DNA from: an uncultured bacterium
Lineage (GTDB): Bacteria > Sysuimicrobiota > Sysuimicrobiia > Sysuimicrobiales > Sysuimicrobiaceae
Assembly (NCBI GenBank): GCA_964437095.1
Contig: CAYTFH010000015.1
Coordinates: 851-64,850 of the forward strand
DNA length: 64,000 nt
Direction: 5' to 3'
The notes beneath the pieces are model-generated. The model had not been told where the DNA came from. It was given only the letters and a program-made list of their open reading frames with translations, and did no database searches. Made by a program: the position numbers and the translations under genes. Within the stretch, counting starts at the first letter, position 1; the number at the start of each line of letters is the position of its first letter. Below are positions 48,083 to 56,821 of this stretch, piece by piece.

Positions 48083-48957
48083 AGTTGGTGCAGGGCACGT
48101 GGGAGGGAGAGGACCTGGTGGCGGAAGCCCTGGAAGCCCCCGCCCTATACCGGGGGCTTTCCACGGAGTACGCGGACGTGGGGCGGCTGGTGGACTACTT
48201 GGGCGACCGGCTCTTCTCCGGACTGGTCCGGGTCACCTTGCCCGGACGGGAGGGCCACGTGCTGCTGTTCCGGGGCCGGCCTCAGGCGGCCCGCTACCGG
48301 GTGGAGGGAAGGCAGCTGGAAGCCGCGGAGGCGGTGCGGGCCCTGCTGGCGGACAGCCGGTGGATGGACGGAGAGATGTGGGTCCACCAGCTCCCGGAGG
48401 AGCTGTTCCCGGAGGACTGGGAGGATCGCCAGCCTCTGCCGTGGGACGCGGTGGAGGCGGTGCACGCCCACCCGGAGGAGGTGGACGCGAAAGCGGGGCC
48501 CGCTGAGTTGGCCGTGGACGTGCCGGCACCCGAGGTGGTGGTGCACGAGCCGACGCCGGCGCAAGAGGTCTCGGCCCCGGCCGGGCCGGTCGGGGAGCAG
48601 GTGCAGGCCCCGCACGAGGCCGCTGCCCCGGCCCAGCAGACCGTGGACGCGCTGCCGTGGGTGCGGGTGCTGGAAGGCCTCGTGGCGCGGTTCAAGCGGT
48701 ACCGGGGGCCGAGCGCGGCGAGCCGCCTGGAAGCGGAGGTGAACGCGGCGTTGCAGGGCAGCGGGCTGCGGTTGCAACGGGGGCGGGTGGAAGGCGAGGT
48801 CAGGGACCCGGAGGCCTTGAGGCTCGCCACGGTGCGGGCGGTGGGGTTCATCAAGGGGATGGCGGGTCAGACCTTCGCGGAGCAGACTCTGGCGGTGGCC
48901 ATGACGGACGCGGGCATCAAGGACCAGACAGCCCTCAGGAGCCTGTTGGGCTCGTAA
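48079..48957 (+). CDS. PATAN/DUF4388-like domain protein 1
   Basis: GTGA overlap with MerR gene; N-terminal FSGLVRVTLPGREGHVLLFRGR...EAVRALL pattern typical of DUF4388. Confidence 0.55.
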   Translation: MKLVQGTWEGEDLVAEALEAPALYRGLSTEYADVGRLVDYLGDRLFSGLVRVTLPGREGHVLLFRGRPQAARYRVEGRQLEAAEAVRALLADSRWMDGEMWVHQLPEELFPEDWEDRQPLPWDAVEAVHAHPEEVDAKAGPAELAVDVPAPEVVVHEPTPAQEVSAPAGPVGEQVQAPHEAAAPAQQTVDALPWVRVLEGLVARFKRYRGPSAASRLEAEVNAALQGSGLRLQRGRVEGEVRDPEALRLATVRAVGFIKGMAGQTFAEQTLAVAMTDAGIKDQTALRSLLGS

Positions 48958-48969
48958 GGAGGTCGACGG

Positions 48970-49746
48970 GTGCGGACGGCAGCGTGGGTCGCCGGGATCC
49001 TGCTGGTGCTGGTGGTGGCGGCGGCGGTGGTGGTGGCGCAGCGGCCGGTGCGCGCCGCGCACGTGCAGGTGCAGCACACGGCCGTGAGCGCCGCCCTGGT
49101 CCTGTTCCCTCTGGTGGCCGCGGCCGCCAGCTTCGGCGCCGCCAGCGAGTACCGGCCCGGGGACCGGGAGCGGACGGTGTGGAACAGCCTGGGAGCTGCG
49201 TGCGTGCTGTGGTCTGTGGGCCGCGCGGTGTTCTGGTACACCCAGGCCACGGGTCATCCGGCCTCCTTCCCCTCCGTGCCGGAGCTGCTCACCGCGGGCT
49301 TCTTCGCCTTGGGGCTGTGGGCCGTGTACCAGGAGTACCAGGCGGTACGGGAGCTGGTGGGACCCGCCCACCGCCTGACCATGGGCGCGGTGGCCGCGGC
49401 GGTCCTGGGGGTGGGCTACGTCCTGTTCCTCCGGCCGGTGGTGGCGGGGGGCCTGGGAGGGGCCGCGGAGTCGGTGAGCGTCGCCCTTTCCCTGGCCGGT
49501 CTGGCCATGATCCCTCTGGCCATCGCGCCGGCCTTGGCGTTCTTCGGGGGTCTGGTGGGCTACGTGTGGCTGGTGCTGTCCGCCTCCCTGGTGTGCATCG
49601 CCGTGGCGGTCATGTGGCTGAGCAACGCGGTGTTCTTCGACGTGTGGTTCGCAGGCCACCGCAGCAACGTGTTGCAGATGGTGGGGTTCGCCCTGCTGGC
49701 GGTGGGAGCCGCCTGGCACCGGGACCTCATGCGGGAGGGCGGATGA
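48970..49746 (+). CDS. polytopic membrane protein (about 6-7 TM), hypothetical
   Basis: GGAGG RBS then GTG; hydrophobic helices throughout. Confidence 0.6.
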   Translation: MRTAAWVAGILLVLVVAAAVVVAQRPVRAAHVQVQHTAVSAALVLFPLVAAAASFGAASEYRPGDRERTVWNSLGAACVLWSVGRAVFWYTQATGHPASFPSVPELLTAGFFALGLWAVYQEYQAVRELVGPAHRLTMGAVAAAVLGVGYVLFLRPVVAGGLGGAAESVSVALSLAGLAMIPLAIAPALAFFGGLVGYVWLVLSASLVCIAVAVMWLSNAVFFDVWFAGHRSNVLQMVGFALLAVGAAWHRDLMREGG

Positions 49747-50726
49747 TCCACCGACTGCCTGCCGGCGACGTGCGGGAGGAGTGGAGCAGCATCTCCTCCG
49801 CGGAGTTGCGTGCCCTGGCGGACAGCCTACGCCGCCGGGACTTCTGCGGCTACGTGGAGCTGCGCTGGCCCGACTGTGAGGGTGCCCTGATCCTGTCCGG
49901 CGACGGCAAGGTGTTCGCGGTGTTCCAGGCGGACGCGGCGGACCTCCGGGGGTCGGAGGCCCTGCGGCACATCCTGACTCGGGCGGAGCGGCTGCCCCCG
50001 CGGGCCCGGGTGGTGGCCCTGCCCCACAGCCTGGGGCCCTTGCTGGGCTCTCTGAGCGAGCTGCACCCGTTGCACACGGGCCTGCATACCCGGTTCGTGG
50101 ACCTGGACAAGCTGGCCACGCGGCTGGTGCGGGACGGGTTCTCCGGCCTGCTGATCCTGGAGGGGGAAGGTTGGTGGGCCTTCCTCCCCTTCGGCGAGGA
50201 AGGCAACGGCGCCGTGTACTACGACGGCCACACCGTCCTGGGCCGCGACCGCGGGGAGCTGGTGGACCAGCTGGTGGGGGTCGGGGCCGAGGTGGAGGTG
50301 TGGGTCAGCCCTGCGGTGCCGCCGAGCACGGTGGACCTGGAGGCCCCGCCCGCGGAGGCCGCGCCCCCCCTACCCTCGCAGCCTGCCCCGCCCGCGGAGG
50401 AAGTTGCACTGGCCCCTCCGCCGCCCCGACCGGAGGAGGCGGGGGAAGCACCGCCGGCGGACTGGTCGGCGTACAAAGGTTCGGACACCTTCGTGGTGGT
50501 CCCCGCGGTGGACGTGGAAGACCCGGACTGCGGGCCCGTACGGGAGCTGCGCCATCAGTTCGGGGAGCTGGCCGTGGAGTTGGCCCGTCGGCTGGACGGG
50601 ACCCACACCCTGGAGGAGGTTCGGCGAGAACTCGGTCGCTCCGCCCAGGAGTTGGAACCGATCTTGCTCTACCTCCAGCAGCGGAAGTGGATGGCCCGTT
50701 ACTTCCGCCGACGGGGGCAGCGGTGA
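49743..50726 (+). CDS. tandem PATAN/DUF4388-like domain protein 2 with Pro-rich linker
   Basis: ATGA overlap; two repeats of the G(F/C)xGxLxL...G.(A/G)xxYxxG...GxEAL pattern; PPAEAAPPLPSQPAPP linker. Confidence 0.55.
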   Translation: MIHRLPAGDVREEWSSISSAELRALADSLRRRDFCGYVELRWPDCEGALILSGDGKVFAVFQADAADLRGSEALRHILTRAERLPPRARVVALPHSLGPLLGSLSELHPLHTGLHTRFVDLDKLATRLVRDGFSGLLILEGEGWWAFLPFGEEGNGAVYYDGHTVLGRDRGELVDQLVGVGAEVEVWVSPAVPPSTVDLEAPPAEAAPPLPSQPAPPAEEVALAPPPPRPEEAGEAPPADWSAYKGSDTFVVVPAVDVEDPDCGPVRELRHQFGELAVELARRLDGTHTLEEVRRELGRSAQELEPILLYLQQRKWMARYFRRRGQR

Positions 50727-51484
50727 CCGGACGTGCGGCCAAGGACCTACCCGACGACGCCGAGGCGCTGGCGTTGTTCCGGGAGTACCGCGCCACCGCG
50801 GACCCGGTCCTCCACGCCCGTATCTGCGCCGCCTACGCGCCCCTGGTGGAGCGCATCGCGCGGGCGTACCGGGGGAGCGGCGAGCTGCTGGAGGACCTGG
50901 TGCAGGTGGGGTACGTGGGCCTGCTGCTGGCCGTCAACCGCTTCGACCCCGACCGCGGGGTGAAGTTCCACACGTACGCGTCCCACGTGATCGCGGGGGA
51001 GATCCGGCACTACCTCCGGGACCAGGTGGGCGTGGTGCGCCGGCCCCGGTGGCTGAGCAAGCTGAGCCGGGAGCTGGAGGCGGCGGTGGAGCGCCTGCAG
51101 CACCGGCTGGGCCGGCTGCCCACGGTGGACGAGATCGCCCAGGAGATGAACGTCACGCCGGAGGGGGTGCGGGAGATCCTGCAGGCCCGGGCCGCGTCCT
51201 CGCCCCTGTCTCTGGACGGGGCGCAGGGGGAGCGGGTGCGCCGGATCCGGCACCTGCGCTACCAGACCCTGCAGCTCCCGGTGGAGGACCGCATCGCGGT
51301 GCAGCAGGCCATGGAGCGCCTGAGCGAGCTGCAGCGCAAGGTCCTGTACTTGCTCTTCTACCGGGACCTCACGGAGACCGAAGCCGCCCGCCGGCTGCGG
51401 GTCTCCCAGAAGCACGTGTCGCGGGTGATGCACAAGGCGTTGCGGCAGATGGCGCAGCTCCTGCGGGGGGCGGCGCGCTCCTAG
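50723..51484 (+). CDS. group-3 sigma-70 factor (SigB/SigF/SigG-like)
   Basis: region 2 (LVQVGYVGLLLAVNRFDPDRGVKFHTYASHVIAGEI), region 3 and region 4 HTH (TETEAARRLRVSQKHVSR); GTGA overlap. Confidence 0.85.
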   Translation: MTGRAAKDLPDDAEALALFREYRATADPVLHARICAAYAPLVERIARAYRGSGELLEDLVQVGYVGLLLAVNRFDPDRGVKFHTYASHVIAGEIRHYLRDQVGVVRRPRWLSKLSRELEAAVERLQHRLGRLPTVDEIAQEMNVTPEGVREILQARAASSPLSLDGAQGERVRRIRHLRYQTLQLPVEDRIAVQQAMERLSELQRKVLYLLFYRDLTETEAARRLRVSQKHVSRVMHKALRQMAQLLRGAARS

Positions 51485-51521
51485 CCGCACGGAGACCGAA
51501 GGGGGAGGAGGGTCGGAGCCC

Positions 51522-51875
51522 ATGTCGGACCTTCGGAAGGTGCTGGGGGAGTTCACCCAGCTGGACGGTGTGGTGGCCGCCCTGGTGGTGGGCCGCGACG
51601 GCTTCGTCATCGAGGGCGCCGCCACCGAGGACGTGGACCTGGAGGCCCTGGGCGCGGTCACCGCCAGCAGCTTGGCCGCCTCCGACGCCCTGTCCACGGA
51701 CCTGGGGCGGGGCAAGCTGTTCGGCCTGATGCTGGAGTACGAAGGGGGTCCCCTGGTGGTGGCGCCCGTGGGTTCCGAGGCGATGCTGGTGGTGGTGGGC
51801 AACGGGACCGCCAACCTGGGCCGCATCCGCCTGGAGCTGAAGAAGCGGCACCACCTGGTGGCCGACGCCCTATAG
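51522..51875 (+). CDS. roadblock/LC7 (MglB-like) domain protein
   Basis: 117 aa; GVVAALVVGRDGFVIEGAA...GKLFGLMLEYEGGPLVVAPV roadblock pattern. Confidence 0.7.
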   Translation: MSDLRKVLGEFTQLDGVVAALVVGRDGFVIEGAATEDVDLEALGAVTASSLAASDALSTDLGRGKLFGLMLEYEGGPLVVAPVGSEAMLVVVGNGTANLGRIRLELKKRHHLVADAL

Positions 51876-51896
51876 GGCCCCCGTACAATTGAGGGC

Positions 51897-52622
51897 GTGA
51901 GGGGTGAAGGCCCGGGCGGGGAGGAGCGTCGCACCGCCTGGCGCGTGGACCTGCGGGGTCTTGCGGACTACGAGACCACCTGGCGGCTCCAGCGCCAGCT
52001 GGTGGTATGCCGCCAGCAAGGTGCAGTCCCCGATGTGCTGCTGTTGGTGGAGCACCCGCCGGTGGTCACGTGCGGCCGGGCCACCCGGCCCGAGCATCTG
52101 TTGACGCCCCGCGAGACCCTCCAGCGCCTGGGGTTCGGGGTGTTCGACGTGGAGCGGGGTGGCAGCGTCACCTACCACGGCCCCGGTCAGCTGGTGGGCT
52201 ACCCCATCGTGGACCTGCGCGCCTACGGCGAGAACGTGGTGGGCTACGTGCGGATGCTGGAGGAGAGTGTGATCCGCACCCTGGCCAGCTACGGCGTAGC
52301 CGCCGGGCGTCGGCCCGGCTTTCCCGGGGTGTGGGTGGGCGACCAGAAGATCGCGGCGGTGGGTGTGGCGGTCAAGCGCCGGGTTACCCTACACGGGTTC
52401 GCCCTCAACGTATCCACGGACTTGGACGCCTTCCGGGTCATCAACCCGTGCGGCATCGGGTACACCCCCACGTCCCTGGAACGGCTGCTGGGCCGTGGGG
52501 TGGCCCTGGAGGAGGTTCGGGATCGCTACGCCCGCAGCTTCGAGGAGGTGTTCCGGGTCCGCCTCGAGTCGGTGAGCCCGGGCCGGCTCCGGGCCGCCTG
52601 CGGACTGCCCGCCGTGGGCTAG
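51897..52622 (+). CDS. lipB: lipoyl(octanoyl) transferase
   Basis: LLLVEHPPVVTCGRAT...GGSVTYHGPGQLVGYP...KIAAVGVAVKR motifs. Confidence 0.9.
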   Translation: MRGEGPGGEERRTAWRVDLRGLADYETTWRLQRQLVVCRQQGAVPDVLLLVEHPPVVTCGRATRPEHLLTPRETLQRLGFGVFDVERGGSVTYHGPGQLVGYPIVDLRAYGENVVGYVRMLEESVIRTLASYGVAAGRRPGFPGVWVGDQKIAAVGVAVKRRVTLHGFALNVSTDLDAFRVINPCGIGYTPTSLERLLGRGVALEEVRDRYARSFEEVFRVRLESVSPGRLRAACGLPAVG

Positions 52623-52718
52623 AGTTTCCAGCTCCACCCTCCGGCCGTGATAGACTGCTGCGTAGGCGCCCGGTGGAACTCCCGGCGCCGGACGCGGTCG
52701 CGAGGAGGTGCGTTCGGA

Positions 52719-53015
52719 ATGCCCACCGTCTACCTGCCCGCACCCCTGCGCCGCCTCACGGGCGGCGCATCCCGGGTGGAAGTCCCGCCGGGGACCGTGG
52801 AGGACGTGCTGCGAGCCCTGGACGAGCGGTACCCAGGCATGCGGGCGCAGCTGTGCGAGCCGGACGGCTCGGTGCGGGCGTTCATCAACGTGTTCGTGAA
52901 CGGCTCGGAGATCCGCACCCTGCAGGGCCCGCAGACCCCCGTGGGGGAAGCCGACGAGGTGTCCATCATCCCCGCCATGGCCGGCGGGGCGGCTCGGAGG
53001 TGCCTTTGTCGGTGA
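52719..53015 (+). CDS. ThiS/MoaD/CysO-like ubiquitin-fold sulfur-carrier protein with 8-aa extension after the GG
   Basis: beta-grasp pattern ending ...IIPAMAGG followed by AARRCLCR and stop; GAGGAGG RBS. Confidence 0.7.
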   Translation: MPTVYLPAPLRRLTGGASRVEVPPGTVEDVLRALDERYPGMRAQLCEPDGSVRAFINVFVNGSEIRTLQGPQTPVGEADEVSIIPAMAGGAARRCLCR

Positions 53016-53084
53016 CCCGCAGCACCTCCACGGCCCGCGCCTGAAGCGGGCCGGTTGCGCCCGGCCTACCGGAGGGCTGGGCCG

Positions 53085-53939
53085 GTGAGCTCGCAGGGCC
53101 GAGCCGGCGCGCCGGGAGCCCAGGCCGGTGTCCTGCTGCCGGACCTGCGGTTCTTCCCCGCATCCAGCGTGCTCCTGCACGAGGAGGAGGACCCGCCGCG
53201 CGTAGACCGCCTGGTGGGCCGGCTTCGGGAAGAGGGGGTACTGCGCAACCCTCCGCTGGCCGCGGAGCTGGGCGACGGCCGCGTGGTGATCCTGGACGGT
53301 GCCAACCGGGTGACCGCCCTGCAGCGCATGGGAGCGGTCTTCGTGCTGGTGCAGGTGGTGCCCTACCACGACCCCGGGGTGGTCCTGGACCGCTGGCACC
53401 ACCTCCTGCAGGAGGTGCCGGACGGGCTGGTGGAGCACCTCCGCCGCGAGATCCCCCTGCAGCCCGAGCGTCCCGAGCGGGCTCCGGAACGGCTGGCGAG
53501 GGGCGAGCTGCTGGCCTACCTGCGGCAGGGTGAAGGCGCGTGGGCCGTCCCGCGGTCGGAAGCCCTCACGGAGGGGGCTTGGTGGCTGCGGAGCTTGGTG
53601 GCCTCGTACCGGGGACGCGTCCCGTACCACCGGGTGGACTCCGAGGACGTGGAGCTTTTGTCCGCCCGGTACGGCCAGGTGCGGGCCCTGGTGGCCTTCG
53701 GCCGGTTCAGTAAGTCCGACATCCTGGAGCTGGCGCGCAACGCCGCGAAGCTGCCCGCGGGGGTGACCCGCCACGTGGTGCCGGGCAGGGCCCTGCGGGT
53801 GAACCTGCCCCTGAAAGTGGCCTTCGGTGCGGGGACGTTGGAGGAGAAGAACGCTTGGCTGGCGGACTGGGTGCGCTGGCAGGTGCGGGAAGGGCGGGTG
53901 CGGTACTACCCCGAGCCCACGGTGCTGTTCGACGAGTGA
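53085..53939 (+). CDS. ParB/Sulfiredoxin (DGQHR-like) domain protein, function unknown
   Basis: LLPDLRF...VDRLVGRLREEGVLRNPP...VVILDGANRVTALQRMG ParB N-domain pattern; GTG after GGAGGG (alternative ATG at 53055). Confidence 0.55.
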   Translation: MSSQGRAGAPGAQAGVLLPDLRFFPASSVLLHEEEDPPRVDRLVGRLREEGVLRNPPLAAELGDGRVVILDGANRVTALQRMGAVFVLVQVVPYHDPGVVLDRWHHLLQEVPDGLVEHLRREIPLQPERPERAPERLARGELLAYLRQGEGAWAVPRSEALTEGAWWLRSLVASYRGRVPYHRVDSEDVELLSARYGQVRALVAFGRFSKSDILELARNAAKLPAGVTRHVVPGRALRVNLPLKVAFGAGTLEEKNAWLADWVRWQVREGRVRYYPEPTVLFDE

Positions 53940-53959
53940 CCAGAAGGAGCGTGTGGAGC

Positions 53960-54898
53960 GTGGCTTACCGGTTCGAGACCAAACTCCCGAGGATCGGGGA
54001 AGACCTGCTGCAACGCATCGGCAACACGCCCTTGCTGCGCCTCCGGCGGGTGACCCGGGGCCTGCCGGAGGGCGTGGAGGTGTGCGTGAAGGCGGAATGG
54101 TTCAACCCCGGCGGGTCGGTAAAGGACCGGCCCGTGCTGTGCATGATCGAGGACGCGGAGCGGGCGGGCCTGCTGACCCCCGACAAGGTCCTCCTGGACT
54201 CCACCTCGGGCAACGCGGGCATCGCGTACGCCATGATCGGCGCGGCCAAGGGCTACCGGGTGAAGCTGGTCATGCCCGCCAACGCCAGCGAGGAGCGCAA
54301 GCGCATGATCCGCGCCTACGGTGCGGAGCTGGTGTTCAGCGACCCCCTGGAGGGCTCTGACGGCGCCATCCTCCTGGCCCGCCGCATCCAGGAGGAAGAC
54401 CCCGACCGCTACTTCAAGCCCGACCAGTACAACAACCCCTCCAACTGGAAGGCCCACTACGACACCACGGGCCCGGAGATCCTGGCCCAGACCGAGGGCC
54501 GCATCACCCACTTCGTGGGCACTCTGGGCACCACGGGGACCGTGGTGGGGGTGGGCCGGCGGCTGCGGGAGTTCAACCCCGAGATCCAGATCGTGGCGGT
54601 GGAGCCCGACAGCCCCCTGCACGGCATCGAGGGGCTCAAGCACATCGCCAGCTCCATCCGTCCGGGCATCTACGACCCCTCCGTCCACCACCGCAAGTTG
54701 GGCGTGAGCACCGAGGCCGCGTACGCCATGGCCCGCCGCCTGGCCCGGGAGGAGGGGATGTTCGTGGGAGCCTCCGCGGGGGCCGCGGTGTGGGCGGCCC
54801 TGCAGGTGGCCCGGGAGCTCCGGGAGGGGCTGGTGGTGGCCCTGGCCCCGGACGGGGGCGACCGGTACCTCAGCACCGCCCTGTGGCGGGACGTGTAG
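53960..54898 (+). CDS. cysM: PLP-dependent cysteine synthase (CysM/CysK family)
   Basis: KAEWFNPGGSVKDR PLP-lysine motif; SGNAGIA; GTG 10 nt after AGAAGGAG. Confidence 0.85.
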   Translation: MAYRFETKLPRIGEDLLQRIGNTPLLRLRRVTRGLPEGVEVCVKAEWFNPGGSVKDRPVLCMIEDAERAGLLTPDKVLLDSTSGNAGIAYAMIGAAKGYRVKLVMPANASEERKRMIRAYGAELVFSDPLEGSDGAILLARRIQEEDPDRYFKPDQYNNPSNWKAHYDTTGPEILAQTEGRITHFVGTLGTTGTVVGVGRRLREFNPEIQIVAVEPDSPLHGIEGLKHIASSIRPGIYDPSVHHRKLGVSTEAAYAMARRLAREEGMFVGASAGAAVWAALQVARELREGLVVALAPDGGDRYLSTALWRDV

Positions 54899-54912
54899 TA
54901 TCCTGGGTGGGG

Positions 54913-55332
54913 ATGGGGACGCTGCGGGAGACGGAGAGCCTCCGGGTGAGCCCGGAGCACGTGCAGGCCATGGTGGAGCACGCGCGGGCGGAGGCGCCCA
55001 ACGAGTGCTGCGGCGTGCTCACCGGGCGCGACGGCCGCGTGGAGCAGGTGGTCCCGGTGGCCAACGCGGACCGCAGCCCGTACACGTACCGCATGGATCC
55101 GCGGGAGCTGTTGCGGGTGTACCAGCGGGCGGACGCGGAGGGCCTGGAGGTCCTGGGCTACTACCACTCCCACCCCTCCACCCCTGCCGTGCCGTCCCGC
55201 ACGGACGTGGCCCGGGCGGTGGACCCCTTCGCGGTGTACGTGATCGTGTCGCTGGCCACCGAGCCCCCTGAGGTCCGCGCGTACCGCATCCTGGACGGAG
55301 GGTACCGGGAGCTGGAGCTGAGCGTGCGATGA
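54913..55332 (+). CDS. JAMM/MPN+ metalloprotease (Mec+/QbsD-like)
   Basis: E...HSHPSTPAVPSRTD JAMM motif; 140 aa. Confidence 0.8.
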   Translation: MGTLRETESLRVSPEHVQAMVEHARAEAPNECCGVLTGRDGRVEQVVPVANADRSPYTYRMDPRELLRVYQRADAEGLEVLGYYHSHPSTPAVPSRTDVARAVDPFAVYVIVSLATEPPEVRAYRILDGGYRELELSVR

Positions 55333-55787
55333 GGTTCTCCACCCGAGCGGAGTACGGGTTGCGCGCCCTCATCGACCTGGCGCTGTTCGGCCATGAGGGT
55401 CCGGTGCAGACCCACGACATCGGCCGCCGCCAGGGGCTGCCCGAACCCTACCTGAACCAGCTGCTGGCCCAGCTGCGGCGGGCGGGCCTGGTGGTGAGCA
55501 AGCGCGGCCCCCACGGCGGCCACCGCCTGGCCCGGCCTCCCGAGGCCATCCGGCTGCACGAGGTGTTCCTGGTCCTGGAGGGAAGCACCTCCCCGTGGGA
55601 GTGCGTGGACCGGGACGACCCCGACTGCACGTACGCCCACGGCTGCGGCCTGCGGCCCCTCTGGCTGCGCCTCAAGGAGGCCACCGACCAGGTCCTGCGC
55701 AACACCACCCTGGCGGACCTGCTGCCCCCCTTCGTGCCCGCGGCTCCTTCCCTGGGGGAGGGACACCGGGCCCGCCCGGTGCTATAA
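55329..55787 (+). CDS. Rrf2-family transcriptional regulator (IscR/CymR-like)
   Basis: RFSTRAEYGLRALIDLA...GPHGGHRLARPP wHTH; Cys cluster CVDRDDPDCTYAHGC; ATGA overlap. Confidence 0.8.
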   Translation: MRFSTRAEYGLRALIDLALFGHEGPVQTHDIGRRQGLPEPYLNQLLAQLRRAGLVVSKRGPHGGHRLARPPEAIRLHEVFLVLEGSTSPWECVDRDDPDCTYAHGCGLRPLWLRLKEATDQVLRNTTLADLLPPFVPAAPSLGEGHRARPVL

Positions 55788-55967
55788 TCGACCCGGAAGG
55801 AGCGACCGGTCCGGTACACCATCGGGAACAGGGTTTTCCTGGAAACGCGGGTCGTGCCCGACCGAGTGGGCTTCGGGGGACAGAGCCCCACAGGTGCGTG
55901 GTCCAGGAGGGCCCTGTTCCCCTGTTTGTTGCGAGCGGGCATGCGGGCCAAGGAAGGAGTTGCGAGC

Positions 55968-56594
55968 GTGGCGGACCGGCCCGGGGCGGACGGGCAGACC
56001 GGGAGGGAGCGGGACCGCGCCCGGTTCGAGGCGCTGGTGCGGGAGCACCTGGACAGCCTGTACGGCGCGGCCCTGCGCCTCACCCGCAACCGCAGCGACG
56101 CGGAGGACCTGCTGCAGGAGACCCTCCTGAAAGCGTGGCGGTCCTTCCACACGTTCGCGGAGGGGACCAACGCCCGGGCCTGGCTGTTCCGGATCCTTAT
56201 GAACGCCCACATCGACCGCTACCGCAAGAGCGCCCGCGAGCCGGAGACCACGGACGTGGAGGACGTGGGCGACTTCTACCTGTACAGCAAGGTGCAGGAG
56301 TCCGAGCTCCTGCGGCGGGTGGGGGATCCCGAGAAGCTGCTGGAACGGGTCATGGAGCACGAGGTGCGGGAGGCCCTGGAGTCCCTGCCGGACCACTTCC
56401 GCAGCGTGGTGATCCTCGCGGACCTGCAGGGCTTCTCGTACAAGGAGATCGCGGACATCCTGGGGATCCCCCTCGGCACCGTGATGTCCCGGCTGTTCCG
56501 CGGCCGACGGCTGCTGCAGCGGAAGCTGTGGGACTACGTACGGTCCCACCACCGGATCACCACCGCGGGGGAGGGTGCCGCCCTTGGACTGTAG
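55968..56594 (+). CDS. ECF (group 4) sigma-70 factor
   Basis: region 2 ([14 protein letters not shown]) and region 4 ([26 protein letters not shown]); AAGGAAGGAG then 8 nt then GTG. Confidence 0.85.
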   Translation: MADRPGADGQTGRERDRARFEALVREHLDSLYGAALRLTRNRSDAEDLLQETLLKAWRSFHTFAEGTNARAWLFRILMNAHIDRYRKSAREPETTDVEDVGDFYLYSKVQESELLRRVGDPEKLLERVMEHEVREALESLPDHFRSVVILADLQGFSYKEIADILGIPLGTVMSRLFRGRRLLQRKLWDYVRSHHRITTAGEGAALGL

Positions 56595-56811
56595 GGAGTT
56601 CGAGGCCAGGCTGTGGGCGTTCCTGGACGGGGAGCTGGACGAGGCCGTCTGCGCGGAGTTGCGGGCCCACCTGGAGCGGTGCCCCGGCTGCCTGGACCAC
56701 TACCGGTTCGAGGGCGCCCTGCGGGTGTTCGTGCGCCGCTGCTGCCACGAAACCGTCCCCGAATCGCTCCGCCACCGCCTGCACTCCCTGATCGCACGCC
56801 TCGAAGACTGA
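56575..56811 (+). CDS. zinc-binding anti-sigma factor (ZAS, RsrA-like)
   Basis: C...HLERCPGC (HxxxCxxC) motif; overlaps 3' end of the sigma gene; start may be TTG 56584. Confidence 0.7.
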   Translation: MPPLDCREFEARLWAFLDGELDEAVCAELRAHLERCPGCLDHYRFEGALRVFVRRCCHETVPESLRHRLHSLIARLED

Positions 56812-56821
56812 GCTTCCGGCC

